Below are positions 23,487 through 36,775 of a DNA stretch of 64,000 nt, one piece after another. How positions within the stretch are numbered: the stretch's first letter is position 1; every line of letters starts with the position of its first letter. The notes beneath the pieces are model-generated. The model did not search any database and had not been told where the DNA came from. It saw nothing but the letters and a program-made list of their open reading frames with translations. The DNA comes from Azolla caroliniana. Lineage: Eukaryota; Plantae; Polypodiophyta. The stretch spans positions 4,092,001-4,156,000 of the forward strand of contig JBHGNT010000015.1 of the NCBI GenBank assembly GCA_043228905.1, in the 5' to 3' direction. The position numbers and the translations under genes are program-made.

Positions 23487-24480
23487 CCATTCGCATGATT
23501 ATCCTTGAGTTACAGAACCCCAACGGTTGTGACACACAACTACAATCTTTATGACAGCATCTGATGCGGCGAAAGAGGCCTTAATGGCTCGGTCAGCTGC
23601 CGCACACGTTTCAACAAGTCGACTCCAACTCGGCTCCAATTGTCTTTGTCGAAAATTCCGGTTCAGCATAACACCTCGAAGCATATAGACGTGAGATATC
23701 ACTTCGTTTGGGACTACGTCATTCCAAGGAAAATCAGCCTCAAGAAGATATCTACAGTCGACAATGTGGCAGATGGGATGATCAAGTGTCTTCTGAAAGA
23801 TCGATTCTGATCCCTTCAGCACCAGATGGGTGTAACAAAGAACCATTCTGGTTGAGTCGAACATTCAAGATGGTTTCAAACGATCAACAAATCCGCATAG
23901 TCGACTCAACTTCAGAATCTCTAATTGGGATTCCCTTTTGGACTAGTTGATTCGACTTTAGCTCTTCCAGCCTCGGTCGACCCGGCTTTTTGTTTCCGGA
24001 TGTTGCCGATTCGGACAAAAGTTGACTTGTTCGAGAACCCTTTGTATAAATTTGTATTTTCTATTTATTCTCATGATTACAGATTTTTGTTGTATACGCC
24101 CATTATGGGGGATTGTCGAATACGGGAAATAATGGACATATTCACACTATCCCATTTGGCCATACTAGGTTTTAGGCTATTTATGTAAATAGTGGAAAGG
24201 GTAGTTGGTATTTAAATTGACGCTTGTAACCTAGTTTTCAAGTGGTTGTTGTTCATTTCATATATTGTGTTGTTGTAACTTTGAGAATAATACAGTTACA
24301 TATTGTTGTGCCTAACCCTTTCTCCTCTCACTATTGCTTTTCATTGCTTGATCTTGTCTCTTGTCTAAGTTGTCTTTGTCTTCTTCAATCTATTATTCCT
24401 CTCTGTTATAGCTTTGAGTGTTAAAAAGATCTTCGACTAAGAGTGTTCATTTGTTCCACTACTAACGATTGGTTCCAACA
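23487..24480 (+). mobile_element. Degraded copia RNase H end plus LTR
   Basis: KHIDVRYHF-like coding sequence at ~23680-23710, the PPT-like tgggggat, then tgtcgaat...ccaaca. Confidence 0.65.
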
Positions 24481-24753
24481 ATGCTCACTGAACACCTTTT
24501 ATACAAGTCTTCGAAAGGACTGACAATACAAGTACTTCAATGCTCACACGTGAGCTCTGACACTAAATGCTTATAATATTCCTATTTACTAAAATAGGAA
24601 TGTAGGCCTCTAACAACTTGTCGGCTCCCAGTCGATCTGGTTTTCGGATTCTTCGGCTGATCCTCCTCAACCGACTCGACGGTCGGCTTCTTCAGCTTAT
24701 CCGGCCTACCGGACTTTAGCCGGTTCGGCTCATGTTGAGCTTGTCTCTCAACA
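24481..24753 (-). mobile_element. Partial LTR related to the copia LTR at 53907-54293
   Basis: Reverse-complement matches to tgttgagagacaagctcaacat and gtataaaagtgttcactgagca. Confidence 0.7.
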
Positions 24754-27132
24754 ATATTTGACTATGAGGCGTACGCGCTTGTGCCACAGGATGAATGCCG
24801 AAAACTTGAGCGAAGGTCGCGGAAATGCATTTTTCTTGGAATCTATGAAGCTGACAGCAATTTCAACTATCAGCTTTGGGATCCCAAGAGTCTCCATGTT
24901 GTTTGAAGCTCAGACGTAGTGTCCAATGAGTCGGAAATGCACAAGGCAGTCGAAAGTCCAATTGAACCAAGAAGAGTCACTTTTTCGGATGTGCCAACTC
25001 TTCTAGATGGTCAAGCACAACACATGAGGTCGGTTTCACGAGTAACGGAATCACCATTTCCCGATTCAGTTGAGACCAATACTATGGGGAGGGCCGAAAC
25101 TTTGGCCTAGCCAAATTCGACCAATTCGGCTCCAGCCCATCCGAACACCTGAAATACGGACGTATAGAGTACGATCGTATCAGAACCGGCTAGGCAAGTC
25201 TTATCACGTAGATTTGAGAGACTATGGCAGCCACCAAAAAAGTACTCTCCTAGCCTCTTCTTTACAGATTCAGGTGAGCCGATGTCATTTGAAGAAGCTT
25301 CGGCATGTGCCAGATTAGCAATAGAATAAAAGAAGAATTCATCCTATCGGAGAGCATCAAACACGGGACCTAGTAGCATTGCCGAAAAATCGGCGTGCAC
25401 TTTCGTGCAAATGGTTCTTTCGACTCAAGGAGACAACCGATTTGGCAAGTCCCAAGAATAAGGCCAGGCTAGTTGCAAGGGGTTTTCGGCAAGAATATGG
25501 GGTCGACTTTGATGATTTTTTTCCACCCATAGTGAAAACGAAAACCCTTCGATTCTTAGTCGAAATAGTCACTATTGGGGACTTAGAGCTTCTTCAACTA
25601 AAAATGGTGTTCCATGGTGATAAGAAAAGTCTTTACGGCCTCTAGCAAGCACCGAGGGAATGGTATCAAAAATTCTACGACTTCATACAATCTATCAGAT
25701 TTTCTCCGAGTGATGATGAAAATTGCCTATACTCGAAAGATGCACGACATAGATCACCCATCTTCATTATCCTCTATGTGGACGTTATGTTGCTCTCCGA
25801 CCGAAATATTGAAGAGCTTGTCGAACGCATTCGGCATTTGCGATTGAAATTCGTTATGAAGGACTTGGGTCCTGCGTGTCACATTCTCAAGATGAAGATC
25901 ACAAGGCATCACGCTAAGAAACAATTGTTTCTATCTCAAACGAACTACATCCGATGATTTTTTTGCGATTCAACATGCAATCAGCTTGATCTGCTTTGAC
26001 CCCGCTACCTACCAACCTTCAGTTGTCTCAGAGAGAGTGCCCAACATCCGGTTCGAAGGGGGATCACATGAAGTTGGTATCATACACATCGGATGTTGGC
26101 TCTTTAATGTATGTTATGGTCATGACACAACCAGACATAGTGCATGTGGTAGGAGTCGTAAGCATATTCATGCACTTTCTCAGTCAACAACACTTGAACA
26201 CAGTAAAGCATATCTTCAGATACCTCATTGACATAGAAGACTTTGGCATCCACTTCAGACCAAACGAACCTTTGGGCTTAGTTGACTACACCAACTTGAA
26301 CTTTGTCGACTGTCTGAACAGCCGAAAGTCGACATCAAGTTACCTCTTTCTGATTCAGCATGTAACCATCTCATGGAGGTCGAATCTTCAGGAGGGTACG
26401 GCTACCTCGACGATTGAAGCTGAATATGTAGATGCGTCCAAAGCTGCTAAAGAAGCGTTACGGTTCGGTCAATTAGCCTGCACATTTGGGCAAGTCAACC
26501 TGAATTCGGCTTCGGTCATCTTCATAATGCCTTGAAGCATATCGAAGTTCGATATCATTTTGTTCGGGATTGCATGACCAAAGGAAAACTCAGCTTGGAG
26601 AAGGTTTCTACAGTGACAATGTTGCAGATGGGATGATGAACTGTATTTCAACCGACCGGTTTCGGTCGATTTGACAACTAAAGATGATTTCGGCTCGAGC
26701 AATTCAGGAGCAGATGGGAGTACAACAACTTTCTGCCCAACTACGACAGAAATCGTAGTATGTAATCGTCTTGTTATATCTATGTCTTGTTTCTTTTATT
26801 CTTACAGATTCTTTTGTAATATGCCCATTACGGGGGAGTGTCAAATATGGTAATATAATGGACATATTCACATTACCCTATTGAACAAACAAAATAAGGT
26901 TATTTCAATAAATAGCATAAAAAATAGTTGCCCTAGTTCGATTAGTATATAACCAACTCTATAACTAGTTTGGATGATGATGATGATGTTATTTCGTTGA
27001 TTCTTGAATAAAATAGTTTGTACTTTGTGCCTCTTAATTTTCCCTCTCTCACTCTTTTCACTGTTGCAAGTTGTCTGGTACATCTCTATTCTTTGCTCTC
27101 TTTCATTAACTTGTCCATTACCATAGTGTTGT
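24754..27132 (+). mobile_element. Degraded copia (post-integrase, RT, RNase H, 3' LTR)
   Basis: KARLVARGFRQEYGVDF, KKSLYGL, GSLMYVM..TQPDI and STIEAEY motifs with stops and frameshifts. The PPT gggggag is followed by tgtcaaat at ~26839. Confidence 0.8.
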
Positions 27133-27140
27133 GTTGTAAT

Positions 27141-28223
27141 CATAGAATGAACCATACGTATCATACGTGCATTCCCATTCGAGAATGATTCAATCAAACG
27201 TGCATGGTAAATCATCTCAAAGTTGGATTGGATTGACTATGGTCTATATTATATATTGATTCACTCTCAATCCCAATAAGTGGACTCTAATCCATTGTGA
27301 ACCACCAATATAAGTATGGTTGCAATATTTGCATTGTATCACATGCATAGTTTTGGGATGCTTCTTAAGAATCAAGACATCTCTATCATCCTCACTTTAG
27401 AACTTTACAAAAAAATGAGTATGAACTATAAAGATTGAATCAAAATATGTCATTAAAAATTATAATCAAACGTTCAAAAACTCATAAAATGTATATTCGA
27501 GAATATGAAGAAAACATGACATAAGTAGTACTAGCATAACAACTTACCACTAGGGTGACCTAATTTCTAATAACAAAGAAATAAAGAAAGAAAAGAAAAA
27601 TGAAACGATCAAAAACTCATAAAACATATATTCGAGAATATGAAGAAAACATGACATAGGCAGTAGTAGCATAACAACTTACCACTAGGGTGACCTAATT
27701 TCTAATAAGAAAGAAAAATAAAAAATAAAAAGAGGAACATGACACTAACATAAAATTTTGTCATGACATAGGCAATAGTAGCATAACAACTTACCACTAG
27801 GGTGAGCTAATTTCTAATAACCAAAAAAGATAGAAAAAGAAGAAAAAGGAACATGACACTAACAAGAGGATATGAGAAAGTTAGGAATTGAGCCCAAGAC
27901 ACAAGTAATAATAGCACAACTTACCACTAGGTTGTGCTTAGTTCTAATAATACAAAAAAAGAAAAAAGAAGAAAACTATTATAACACTAACATAAAATTT
28001 TGCTATGGCATGGTACTTATGAGAGAGAGAGAGATGAGAAAATTGGGAATCAAACCCAAGACATAGACAGCAACAGCATGACTCCTTACCACTAGGGCGA
28101 GCTAAACTTGTAATAACAATGAATGCAAACAAAGAAAAAAAAAGGAACGTATTTTCCCCTTTCCAAACATGTTCATTTCCAAACGTTTAAATGTTTGCAT
28201 GAACACGAATATTACAGTCTATG
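27141..28223. mobile_element. Non-autonomous hAT-type element with internal tandem repeats
   Basis: Ends catagaatg and cagtctatg, flanked by 8-bp GTTGTAAT at 27133-27140 and 28224-28231. Confidence 0.65.
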
Positions 28224-28231
28224 GTTGTAAT

Positions 28232-28884
28232 CATAGATTGACATATTCACATTCGTCGGGTTTCCCATTCGAATACGAATACGAATGGGTGGTCACGTAT
28301 TCGTTGAACTCAAAAAAAAAAAAAGATCTGTCTTTTTTAATTTTCTAGGATAAAAAAAAAGGAACTTGACAATAAATAGGGATAATAAAAGAGAGACTTG
28401 GGGATTTGACAATACTAAATTTTTATAATAAATGTATAAGTTATAAGTTATAAGTATTCGTTTTATTTTTAAGAAATAACGAAAATAAAATAAAGCCTCA
28501 TTAATTTCTTACTTTTTATTCCCTCAAAACTTATAGATATTTTTACTTTGACATTAAAAATAGTACTTCAAACTAAACATACCTTCAAAGTTCATACTAA
28601 TCATATTTGTATAATAAATATAAAAATATTCGCTTTTTAAAAAGTAATTAATTAATTGATTAATTAAAATAAGTTTTATAAACTCTCTTGACACTATAAT
28701 CTATTAATGAATAATTGTTCTTTTTTTGGTGAAATAAATTTATTTAAATAAATAAATAAATATTTAATATTTATTTTGCAAAACGAATGGTTTTTTAATA
28801 TTCTTGCGACCATTTCGTATTCTCGAATATTAAGAATATTGCGCATGAAGAATATCATGAATATCATGCATGTGTCAATCTATG
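28232..28884. mobile_element. hAT-type MITE
   Basis: 12-bp TIR CATAGATTGACA/TGTCAATCTATG, 8-bp TSD GTTGTAAT, AT-rich interior and subterminal attcg/cgaat motifs. Confidence 0.85.
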
Positions 28885-29739
28885 GTTGTAATCATCTACT
28901 CAAGATGACCCATCTCCATCAATAACTTCATAAGGGAGGAGATAGAAGTATTTTTTACACAAGCAAGTGATGAACATGAGACCAATATCCAAATCACACA
29001 AAACCAACTTTGCTACCTAATAACTTAATAGAGAGGAGGAGATGGAAGTCTTTTCTACACAAGCAATAAAATTGCATCACCATATGGTGGCCAAACTTGT
29101 GAAGACAACCGAGAATTGAACCAAAGTTGACTACCTATGTATGCAAAGAATCTGTGACATTTAGAGAGACAAGTTGCATCGATGATAAGTTGGTGATACA
29201 CATGATGGTTCAATGCAATTGTACCAAAAATGACAAGGTGTATACATGACACTAATTAATGTCACCTTAGATACTATTTTATGAGAACATTAGAAGGATT
29301 TCATACATCATCACAATGTAGATTTCTATCACCTGATGAGACAAACCATCTTTTCCAAGCTTTTTTATATCTCTCACATTAGATGTAGGCATTGCATTGT
29401 TAATAACATGAGAGCTACTACTAACATGCATCGACTGCCGAAAGTAGATATTTTCCCACAAGAAATACTATAATCAATTGTTTTCTAAACAAAGCAATAT
29501 ACTTTATGAATTTTTATAACCGCTTTGATTTCCAAGATGAACTCACTTTAGTTGGCTCTGAGCAGGTGGTTCTCATTCATGATCGATCAGAAGGCGATTG
29601 ACTTTGAAAAGAACTTTGTACCATGTCCAAATCTAAGGTTTCCCCAATTAAGCTTTTTGAACGAACACACATTACACTAACGTCTCAGCATCGATTTACT
29701 CCATTGTCAGAACTTTATCATTGTAGTTTTGTGTGGATT

Positions 29740-32700
29740 GAAGCATGATCAAGAAAGATTCTTCTTAAATGTGTCCCTTCTAGAAACAGTTTTTCTGAGT
29801 ATTAAAGAACCACTATTGTTGTGATCTAGTCCAGTACATTGTGGTAGATACTCTGCTCCCAATCTGTTCAACAAAGAGAATTAGATGTCACAAATCATGC
29901 AAATCATGCAAACTACTAGACAGTCATTGTGTTTCAAGAAGCAATATAAAGACTTTATCCATCACTCAGGAAGCAATATCAAGATAAGTAAATCTTCATA
30001 TCCTCTATGACGAATCAAAACCCTAAATTATGGTTTTAACTACACTAAATTGACGAATCAGATCCCGCATTAAAAATACATGCACAAACTATACCTGGAG
30101 TTTCCGAGCTACTTCGACATCACCTTGCTCCAGGGTTGTTGGAGTACTTTGGAATTTATCTGCCATGCTTATGCTTTGGTTGTTGATCATTTTTCTGCTA
30201 TCTGCCCCCCACTCTGCTTGCAAAAACCTCTCGTACCTTTTAACCTAAAACTCTCACCAGCTTTGTTAAGTTTCCTCAGTGAAAATCAATGACAAATGTA
30301 TTACACTGCCATGCTCTAAAGATAACAAACCTCATCTTGCAATGATTGGATCTGCTCTGTGAGAGCAGTGATTGTTCTTCGAAGTCTATTAATCTGTCAC
30401 AACATTTTGAAGATTAACATAAACAAACAATACACAAGAACTCTGACAGAAACTTATTATGAATTATCGTGACACTATTGCCAAGAAGACAAATATATAC
30501 TCTGTATTCTATCTTCTCTTTAGTGTGCATATGGCATTCTATTTTTTGAAAACAAATTGTACACACTTAAAATAGGAATTTACAGCTACATGGCAAGACA
30601 TAATAGGATCAAAATATCTAAATATTATGGAGATCATCTTACAAGATAACAAAACCTACTCAACAAACATCACCTTAAATTTTGATTACATTTCACTCAT
30701 AATTAAATAGGTTTACTTATACATGAAAGACATCACTGTCAATGGCATCTTAGATTATCTACTTTAGAATGTAGGGTACATTCTTACAGTCAAGTTTTGC
30801 AGTGATTCTTTCTTAGCGCAATCTGAAGTGATGTTGGCAATTTTCTTTTGGAGCTCTTCAATTTCATTCCGTTCCTTTTTGGTGGGAAGTTGTGCTAACA
30901 ACTTTGTCTGTTTCTCTAATCTTACCCTCTCCTTCCTCAAACGTTGAGTCTTTAATGACAAATTAGAGGGACAGAAACTAAATGTTAGAAATACACGTGC
31001 AATTCTCTTCTAAAACCGTATTCTTATGGTAATAAATTGCTCTTTACAGTTGCTAGCATGAATACCAAAAATACCATAGAAATCGACATATCAGAATTTA
31101 GAAGCATTTTTTATGCCAATATTTTACCTCTTCCTCTTTGAATGCATTGAATATGCTCATTTCAGATAGTTTTTTCTGCTCCCATAAAGCTCGTTCTTTT
31201 GAGAAATCTGCTGTTTCATGTTCTTTCTCCTATCAACAGTTGAAAAAGAAAACATCGCGACTAATTTCACATTCAACATGGTTATAGTTCATTGTTTCAT
31301 AACCACTACTGATTTCTAAAACTTCTAGAATATAGTTGATGTAAAAACTAATTATATTTAATCTAAATAAGAATATCATTCTAAAAGAACCTAAAAATAT
31401 TCATCCTGTCAATCTAAAGAAAATTATAAGGAAAAACGAAAATACCTTCAAAAGCTTTTCTAACCTTTCGTTTTCCATTTGTAACCTATGAACTTCTTCC
31501 TCGAAAGCTTTTGGAACTGTGGTTATCTTTGGTTCTTTTCTTCCATTTTCTGTAACATTACATTCTTGTTCCCTAGTTTGCAAATCATCATTATCTATTG
31601 TATGAAGTGAAACTGAGCTATTCTCAGATGTAGGATTTTCTTGTCCAGCTCTATTCAAGTGGTTTCTTGGCATTTTGTTGTTGATATGAAGGGAGTGTAG
31701 GCTCTTTAATGTTGCACCATATTGTTGTTCAGGATCCATAACCTATGTAAGCAAAGGAATACAATTTTGAAAATTAAGAATTTGCTATGTGTTAAACAGA
31801 CACTATAAACAAGTAGAATAAAATAGAATTTGCCTAGTACGAAAAGGAACACAACATCCACATATCATGAAAATTTGTTTCTTGTAAGTGAAAGCTTCCA
31901 CATGGTTCTCATTATACAGTCATAATCACTATATAAAAAGACAGAACTTATGTTTTTAACATTAACAGAGGCAATGATTTGTTTCATAACCCCCTTGTTA
32001 AGATGGCATTTTACACTTGTCATAACCACCCATTACGACAATATATTTCGTGTTAGATTACTATTTGCTTTTGGAGTTCAGAAAAGGAAGACCCTATATT
32101 GACACATTGATGCATTGAACACACTTTGTGAAAACAGAGCATCAATTTTTAATGCAATAAAAAGTTGTGAATATAAAACTTTAATCTTGTAGCCACCTCT
32201 GAATTGCTGGTTATCCAAGGAGTTGTATCATCGAACTCGCTAATTCTTTTGATATTTCTATGGTCTATGGCTTCCATATAATTTTCTTGCCATGGGTGCC
32301 TTACAGAGTTTGCAATTTTAGATGTTTCATTTTGCCTAATCACTGTGTCATGCAAAGGATCTTCACATTGATCCTCATATAATTCTTTTATTCCATGTCC
32401 ATTGAATGTTTCTTTAACTTTCTTGCTTAGGTTGCAATGCTCTGTAACAAACCAACATTTTCACTTAGAATTCGTAGTCAAAGGTTAAACAATTGGATTT
32501 TAGGAGATCCATATGATGGTCTTTCCATGTGCCAAAGACTAATTCAAGGGTGATACTGAGGTAAACACTACAATTTGAAGTTCGGCGCAAATACATATAT
32601 CTAGGCACAAAAAATTACCCACCTTCAATTTCAAATGCTGCTAGCATATTGGAATTTCTATATAGAAAATCCTCATCCTGTTCAGATAAGGTACTCAAAT

Positions 32701-34038
32701 CCCTCTTATAGCCTTCAAAGCTGTTCCAAAGCATGCTACTTCTACTGGTTGTTACTTCATTTTTTCCATCAACAACTCTACGATCACAAAGCTGCTGAAG
32801 CTTATTGCAGTTCCCTGCAGCTACATTTTTTATACTATATCAGCATTATTGGTAAGGAGCTCAACATGCTTATTCTGCATAGAATAATCATGTTCACGTC
32901 CAAATTTTATATATCTAGAATTGATCGTAGAAAGAAAAAAGTGCACATAGAAATGTAGCACAAGAGCATACCGATAGGTTGTTCCCATCCTCTTTCACTT
33001 TCCTGTTCAGACTTTTCTTGATTTTGATCAAGGTCATCATTCTCTTTGCAAAGAATTCTACGAGTTTTTTCGGACCAAGAATCATTGTGTATTTCAGATT
33101 CTCCAACATTCCTGTCATGAATAAGACGCCTTCTATACTTAGGCAATGTACACATACTTCTTTTTCCCAAAGTTTAGGGGATTGAGTTCTTTCTACCTTT
33201 GGTGGTCAGGATTGATCGCTCTTGGGTCATGATTCTCAAGCACCTTCTCTTCAGGAGCTAAACCGTTTAATGATGAATACAAGTATTTATCATGATTAAT
33301 TGATTTCATATTGTGTTTCTCTAGCATCACTCCTTGGTAAAGAAAATCCTTTGAATCAATCAATGGATCTGAGCATCTATCAGGATAAGTTGCTTTTATG
33401 TTGTGTTTCTCTAGCATCATTCCTTTTTCGTGAAAATCTGTGACCGAGGTTGATGAATCTGAGCATCTCTCGGGATCGAATGTTTTCATATTGTCTTTCC
33501 CTGGCATCATCTCTTGATCAACAAAATCCTTCGTTGATTCGATCGATGAATCCATGTCATAGATGCTACCACTATGAGAAGCTGATGAATTTCCCTCTAA
33601 ATCATAATCATCACCATCCTTATCGAACTGAGAGTTCCAAAAAGTTTCATTTGCATGGCATGCTTCTTTATCTTCACCATCAGATGAATCTATGGAATAA
33701 CTTAAATAACCGTTCTGTGTTGATGGTAAAACCTTTTGGCCACCAAAGGCCTCATTTTTATCATCATGTTCAACCATTACTGGTATGCCTTCTTTATTGA
33801 GAGAAGGAACGTGATCTTCAGACCACAGAGGATTACCATAGACTAAGAGATGATTATCCTTGCCGTTATCATCCTTATCAAACCCTTCGTTTTCATCACT
33901 GTGGAAATCATAAGAAGAAAAGAAAGCGCCTTTCTGAAGAGAGTGTTGGAAACCATTCCCTTGGTTGAAATATGCTCTGTTTCTGCGTGCAAACCCAGTC
34001 ATTCTGTTTCTCCTCCTTCTCTGTGACGAGACGTCCAT
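29740..34038 (-). CDS. Multi-exon gene, SAS-4/CENPJ(CPAP)-like coiled-coil centriole protein (3' end uncertain)
   Basis: GT-AG bounded exons at approximately 34038-33197, 33134-32972, 32815-32624, 32441-32196, 31742-31446, 31230-31128, 30950-30787, 30393-30331 and 30235-30095. The spliced segment FKEEE-TQRLRKERVRLEKQTKLLAQLPTKKERNEIEELQKKIANITSDCAKKE..INRLRRTI resembles the conserved CENPJ coiled coil as recalled (FKKEEMRKLQKERKVFEK..PDKKEREEIQTLKQQIA). Confidence 0.65.
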
Positions 34039-34265
34039 CGGATGAAGAAAGAGAAGGAGATGGGCAGTCTCCTCTGTTTCTCTACTCGCTGTTCTGTTTC
34101 TCTGTGTATGCTCTGTTCTGCTCTCTGCTTGATAATGGCTTCTGTTGGGGCAAGAAAAGGAAGGATTTCATGGAAGAGCTTTCTTGATGGAGTTTGTTAA
34201 AAGGTTTTTCAATGGTTTTTCTTTCTCTCTTCTCTTCTTCTCTACACACTCTCTCTCTCTCATCG

Positions 34266-34586
34266 TCTATTTACCAGAATGCCCCTCCTTGAAAGTTCCA
34301 AATTTACCAAACTACCCCTATGTCCAAAAAATTACACTTTATAAAGTAATTTATACACTCAAATCTTTGGTAAATAGGGCTACTTCGGGTCCATCTCTTC
34401 CATCTTAGGGCTAGCTAGTTCTAGTCCATTTCTTCAATCTTTGGTAAATAGGGCTTGTAGATTTTAGTGTATAATTGCTTTATAAAGTGTAATGTTTTGG
34501 ACATAAGGGTAGTTTTGTATATTTGGAACTTCCAAAGGCATTCTGATAAATACACGAACTTCCAAGGGTATCCTCGTACTTTTCCC
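34266..34586. mobile_element. Foldback (Mutator-like) MITE upstream of the gene
   Basis: ~95-bp imperfect inverted repeat, 34270-34365 versus 34460-34552. The right end is ...cctcgtacttttccc and no TSD was resolved. Confidence 0.6.
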
Positions 34587-34659
34587 TAATAATAATAATA
34601 ATAACTTCATCATGTTCCATGCATATGCTCTTGAAGCATGGCGCGTGGCGTACGGCCGA

Positions 34660-35245
34660 CACCCCAGCACTAGCAGTCGGCAAGGCAACCGGTTCGGTTC
34701 GGCCGACACCCAGCACTAGCAATCGGTTCGGTTTGGTTCGGTTCAAGATTGTCAAACTCGAACCCTCTAAAACCGAAACCGTTTCAAAATTTTAAAACTT
34801 AAACCGAACCCAACCACAAAACCGTTTAGAGCGAACCATTACAAAAAAAAAATCAAGCTCCAAACCAAAAGGGTTTTAGAGACTTTCGAATTGTTTTAAA
34901 CCGTTAATACCACCGCGATTGCGCGGTTCGGCTTTGGTTTTCAAGTTAGGTCAAACTTCAAAATTTCACATTTTTACTTTAAATATCTTCAAATTTTCAA
35001 TATTTATAGATTTTTCTTAAAATATCAAAATTAGGCTTAAAATATTCAAAAAGAAAATTATTGAGCGTAAATCCTAAACCATCAAACTGTTTGAACCAAA
35101 ACAACGTTCACTTGATAAATGCTTGAACCGAACCGATAAACCCCCCAAACCAAATGGAACCGTTTACAAAAACCTGAACCTGAACCGAACCGAACCATTT
35201 AAAGTGTTATGCCATGGTTTCACGATTTGGTTTGGCTTGAACCGA
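34660..35245. repeat. AACCG/CGGTT-rich DNA-transposon-like remnant
   Basis: Dense aaccgaacc/ggttcggtt motifs around an AT-rich core; termini not resolved. Confidence 0.45.
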
Positions 35246-35261
35246 AATGTTGTTGATTATT

Positions 35262-35336
35262 ACCCAGCACAAAGAACTTTGATTGATTGTTCATGTCCAC
35301 GAGAGACTTAAATACATCTATGGGGCCAACCTTGTG

Positions 35337-35374
<38 letters not shown>

Positions 35375-35830
35375 CTCAACACAAAGAACTTTGATTGGTT
35401 GTTCATGACCATGAGAGACTTAAATACATCTATGGGGGCAACCCTGTGGAGAGGGAGGAAGAGAGAGACCCAGCACAAAGAACTTTGATCGATTTGTTCA
35501 TGTCCATGACAAACTTAAATAAATCTATGGGTCCAACCTTGTGGAGAGGAAGAAAGAAAGAGACCCAACACAAAGAACTTTGATCAATTGATAAAAAATA
35601 CTAAAGTAGTATAAACCAATAAGAAAAAAAAAACAAAAAAACAAAAAAACAAAAAAGAACTTTGATCAATTTCTTCATGTCCACAAGAGAAGTAAATACA
35701 TTTATGGGGCAAACCTTGTGGAGAGGAAGAAATAGAGAGACCCAACACAAAGAACTTTGATCGATTTGTTCATGTCCACAAGAGAATTAAATACATCTAT
35801 GGGGCCAACCTTGTGGAGAGGGAGAGAGAT
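35262..35830. repeat. ~95-110 bp minisatellite, about 5 copies, with (GA)n tails
   Basis: The unit acccagcacaaagaactttgat..ttcatgtccac..aaatacatctatggggccaaccttgtggagag is repeated. Confidence 0.85.
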
Positions 35831-35849
35831 TATATTAGATTAAATTTTT

Positions 35850-36775
35850 TAAGCGTCGGTAGAGAGGTCAAATTTGACTTTATGGAACCTAAATCGGCAT
35901 ATCATCTTGTATGTAAGTCCTTCCCAAGAAGGGAGTTTACTACTCTATCATAAAAACTCTCGATTTCAAAATAATGCATGCACATATGTGCTCGCCTTCA
36001 TTGGTGTATATTTGAGTACGACACTTGCATTATCATGCTCATCTAACAAGTTATAATATTTCTTGCAAATTACCTTATAAGCCGAGCATGTTATAAGTAA
36101 GTGGTATTCATCCTCCTTATTCTACATACCTTATTTTGTGATGACACCAAAACGATCTATTGGGTCATAGCCAGATGGTTCCTTGGTGGGTTCTCAATTT
36201 GTTCGAAATGATGGACAGTTTGTGCAATAATGGCTCACGTGATGATCAGAATAATTGAAGGTTGCTTCAATTCAAGCTAATGCCATATTCATTTCTTTTG
36301 AACTAGTTGGTTGGTCATAGACAAACCTCTTCTTTAAAGAGGCATAACTCTCCTCTGCCTTCACATGCAATTGGTTTCACATGTTAACATCTTGCCACAT
36401 CATCCTTAGTGCCTCTAGCAATCTATCCTCAATGATCAAATACTTCATAGCATCACCTGAGAGATCTAGTAAATCTTGTACTCTCTACCTCTTAAACCAT
36501 TTCAACACAACCACCTTGCCAAATGAGAGTATTTTGCTCTTATTAGTTTTTTGTACCTTGCACCACTTTTCTGATATATATTTGTATACTCTTTGCATGG
36601 CTAGTACCTCTATGGGTCTAGCACCTATTTCTAATACCTTGAAAGGATAGGTTGTTGAGGATTTTAGCCCCCCAATTGTCTACATAAGAACTTCTTTTGG
36701 ATTTTCTCTACTTCATTCCATGCACTAAGTGGGGCTGCCTTATGAAACCCAAATCCAATATCCTGCACTTGTTAC
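35850..36775 (-). mobile_element. Degraded LINE ORF2 C-terminal fragment
   Basis: Minus-strand translation gives WNEVEKIQKKFLCRQLG and LEIGARPIEVLAMQRVYKYI, typical of the post-RT region of non-LTR elements. Frameshifted. Confidence 0.5.
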
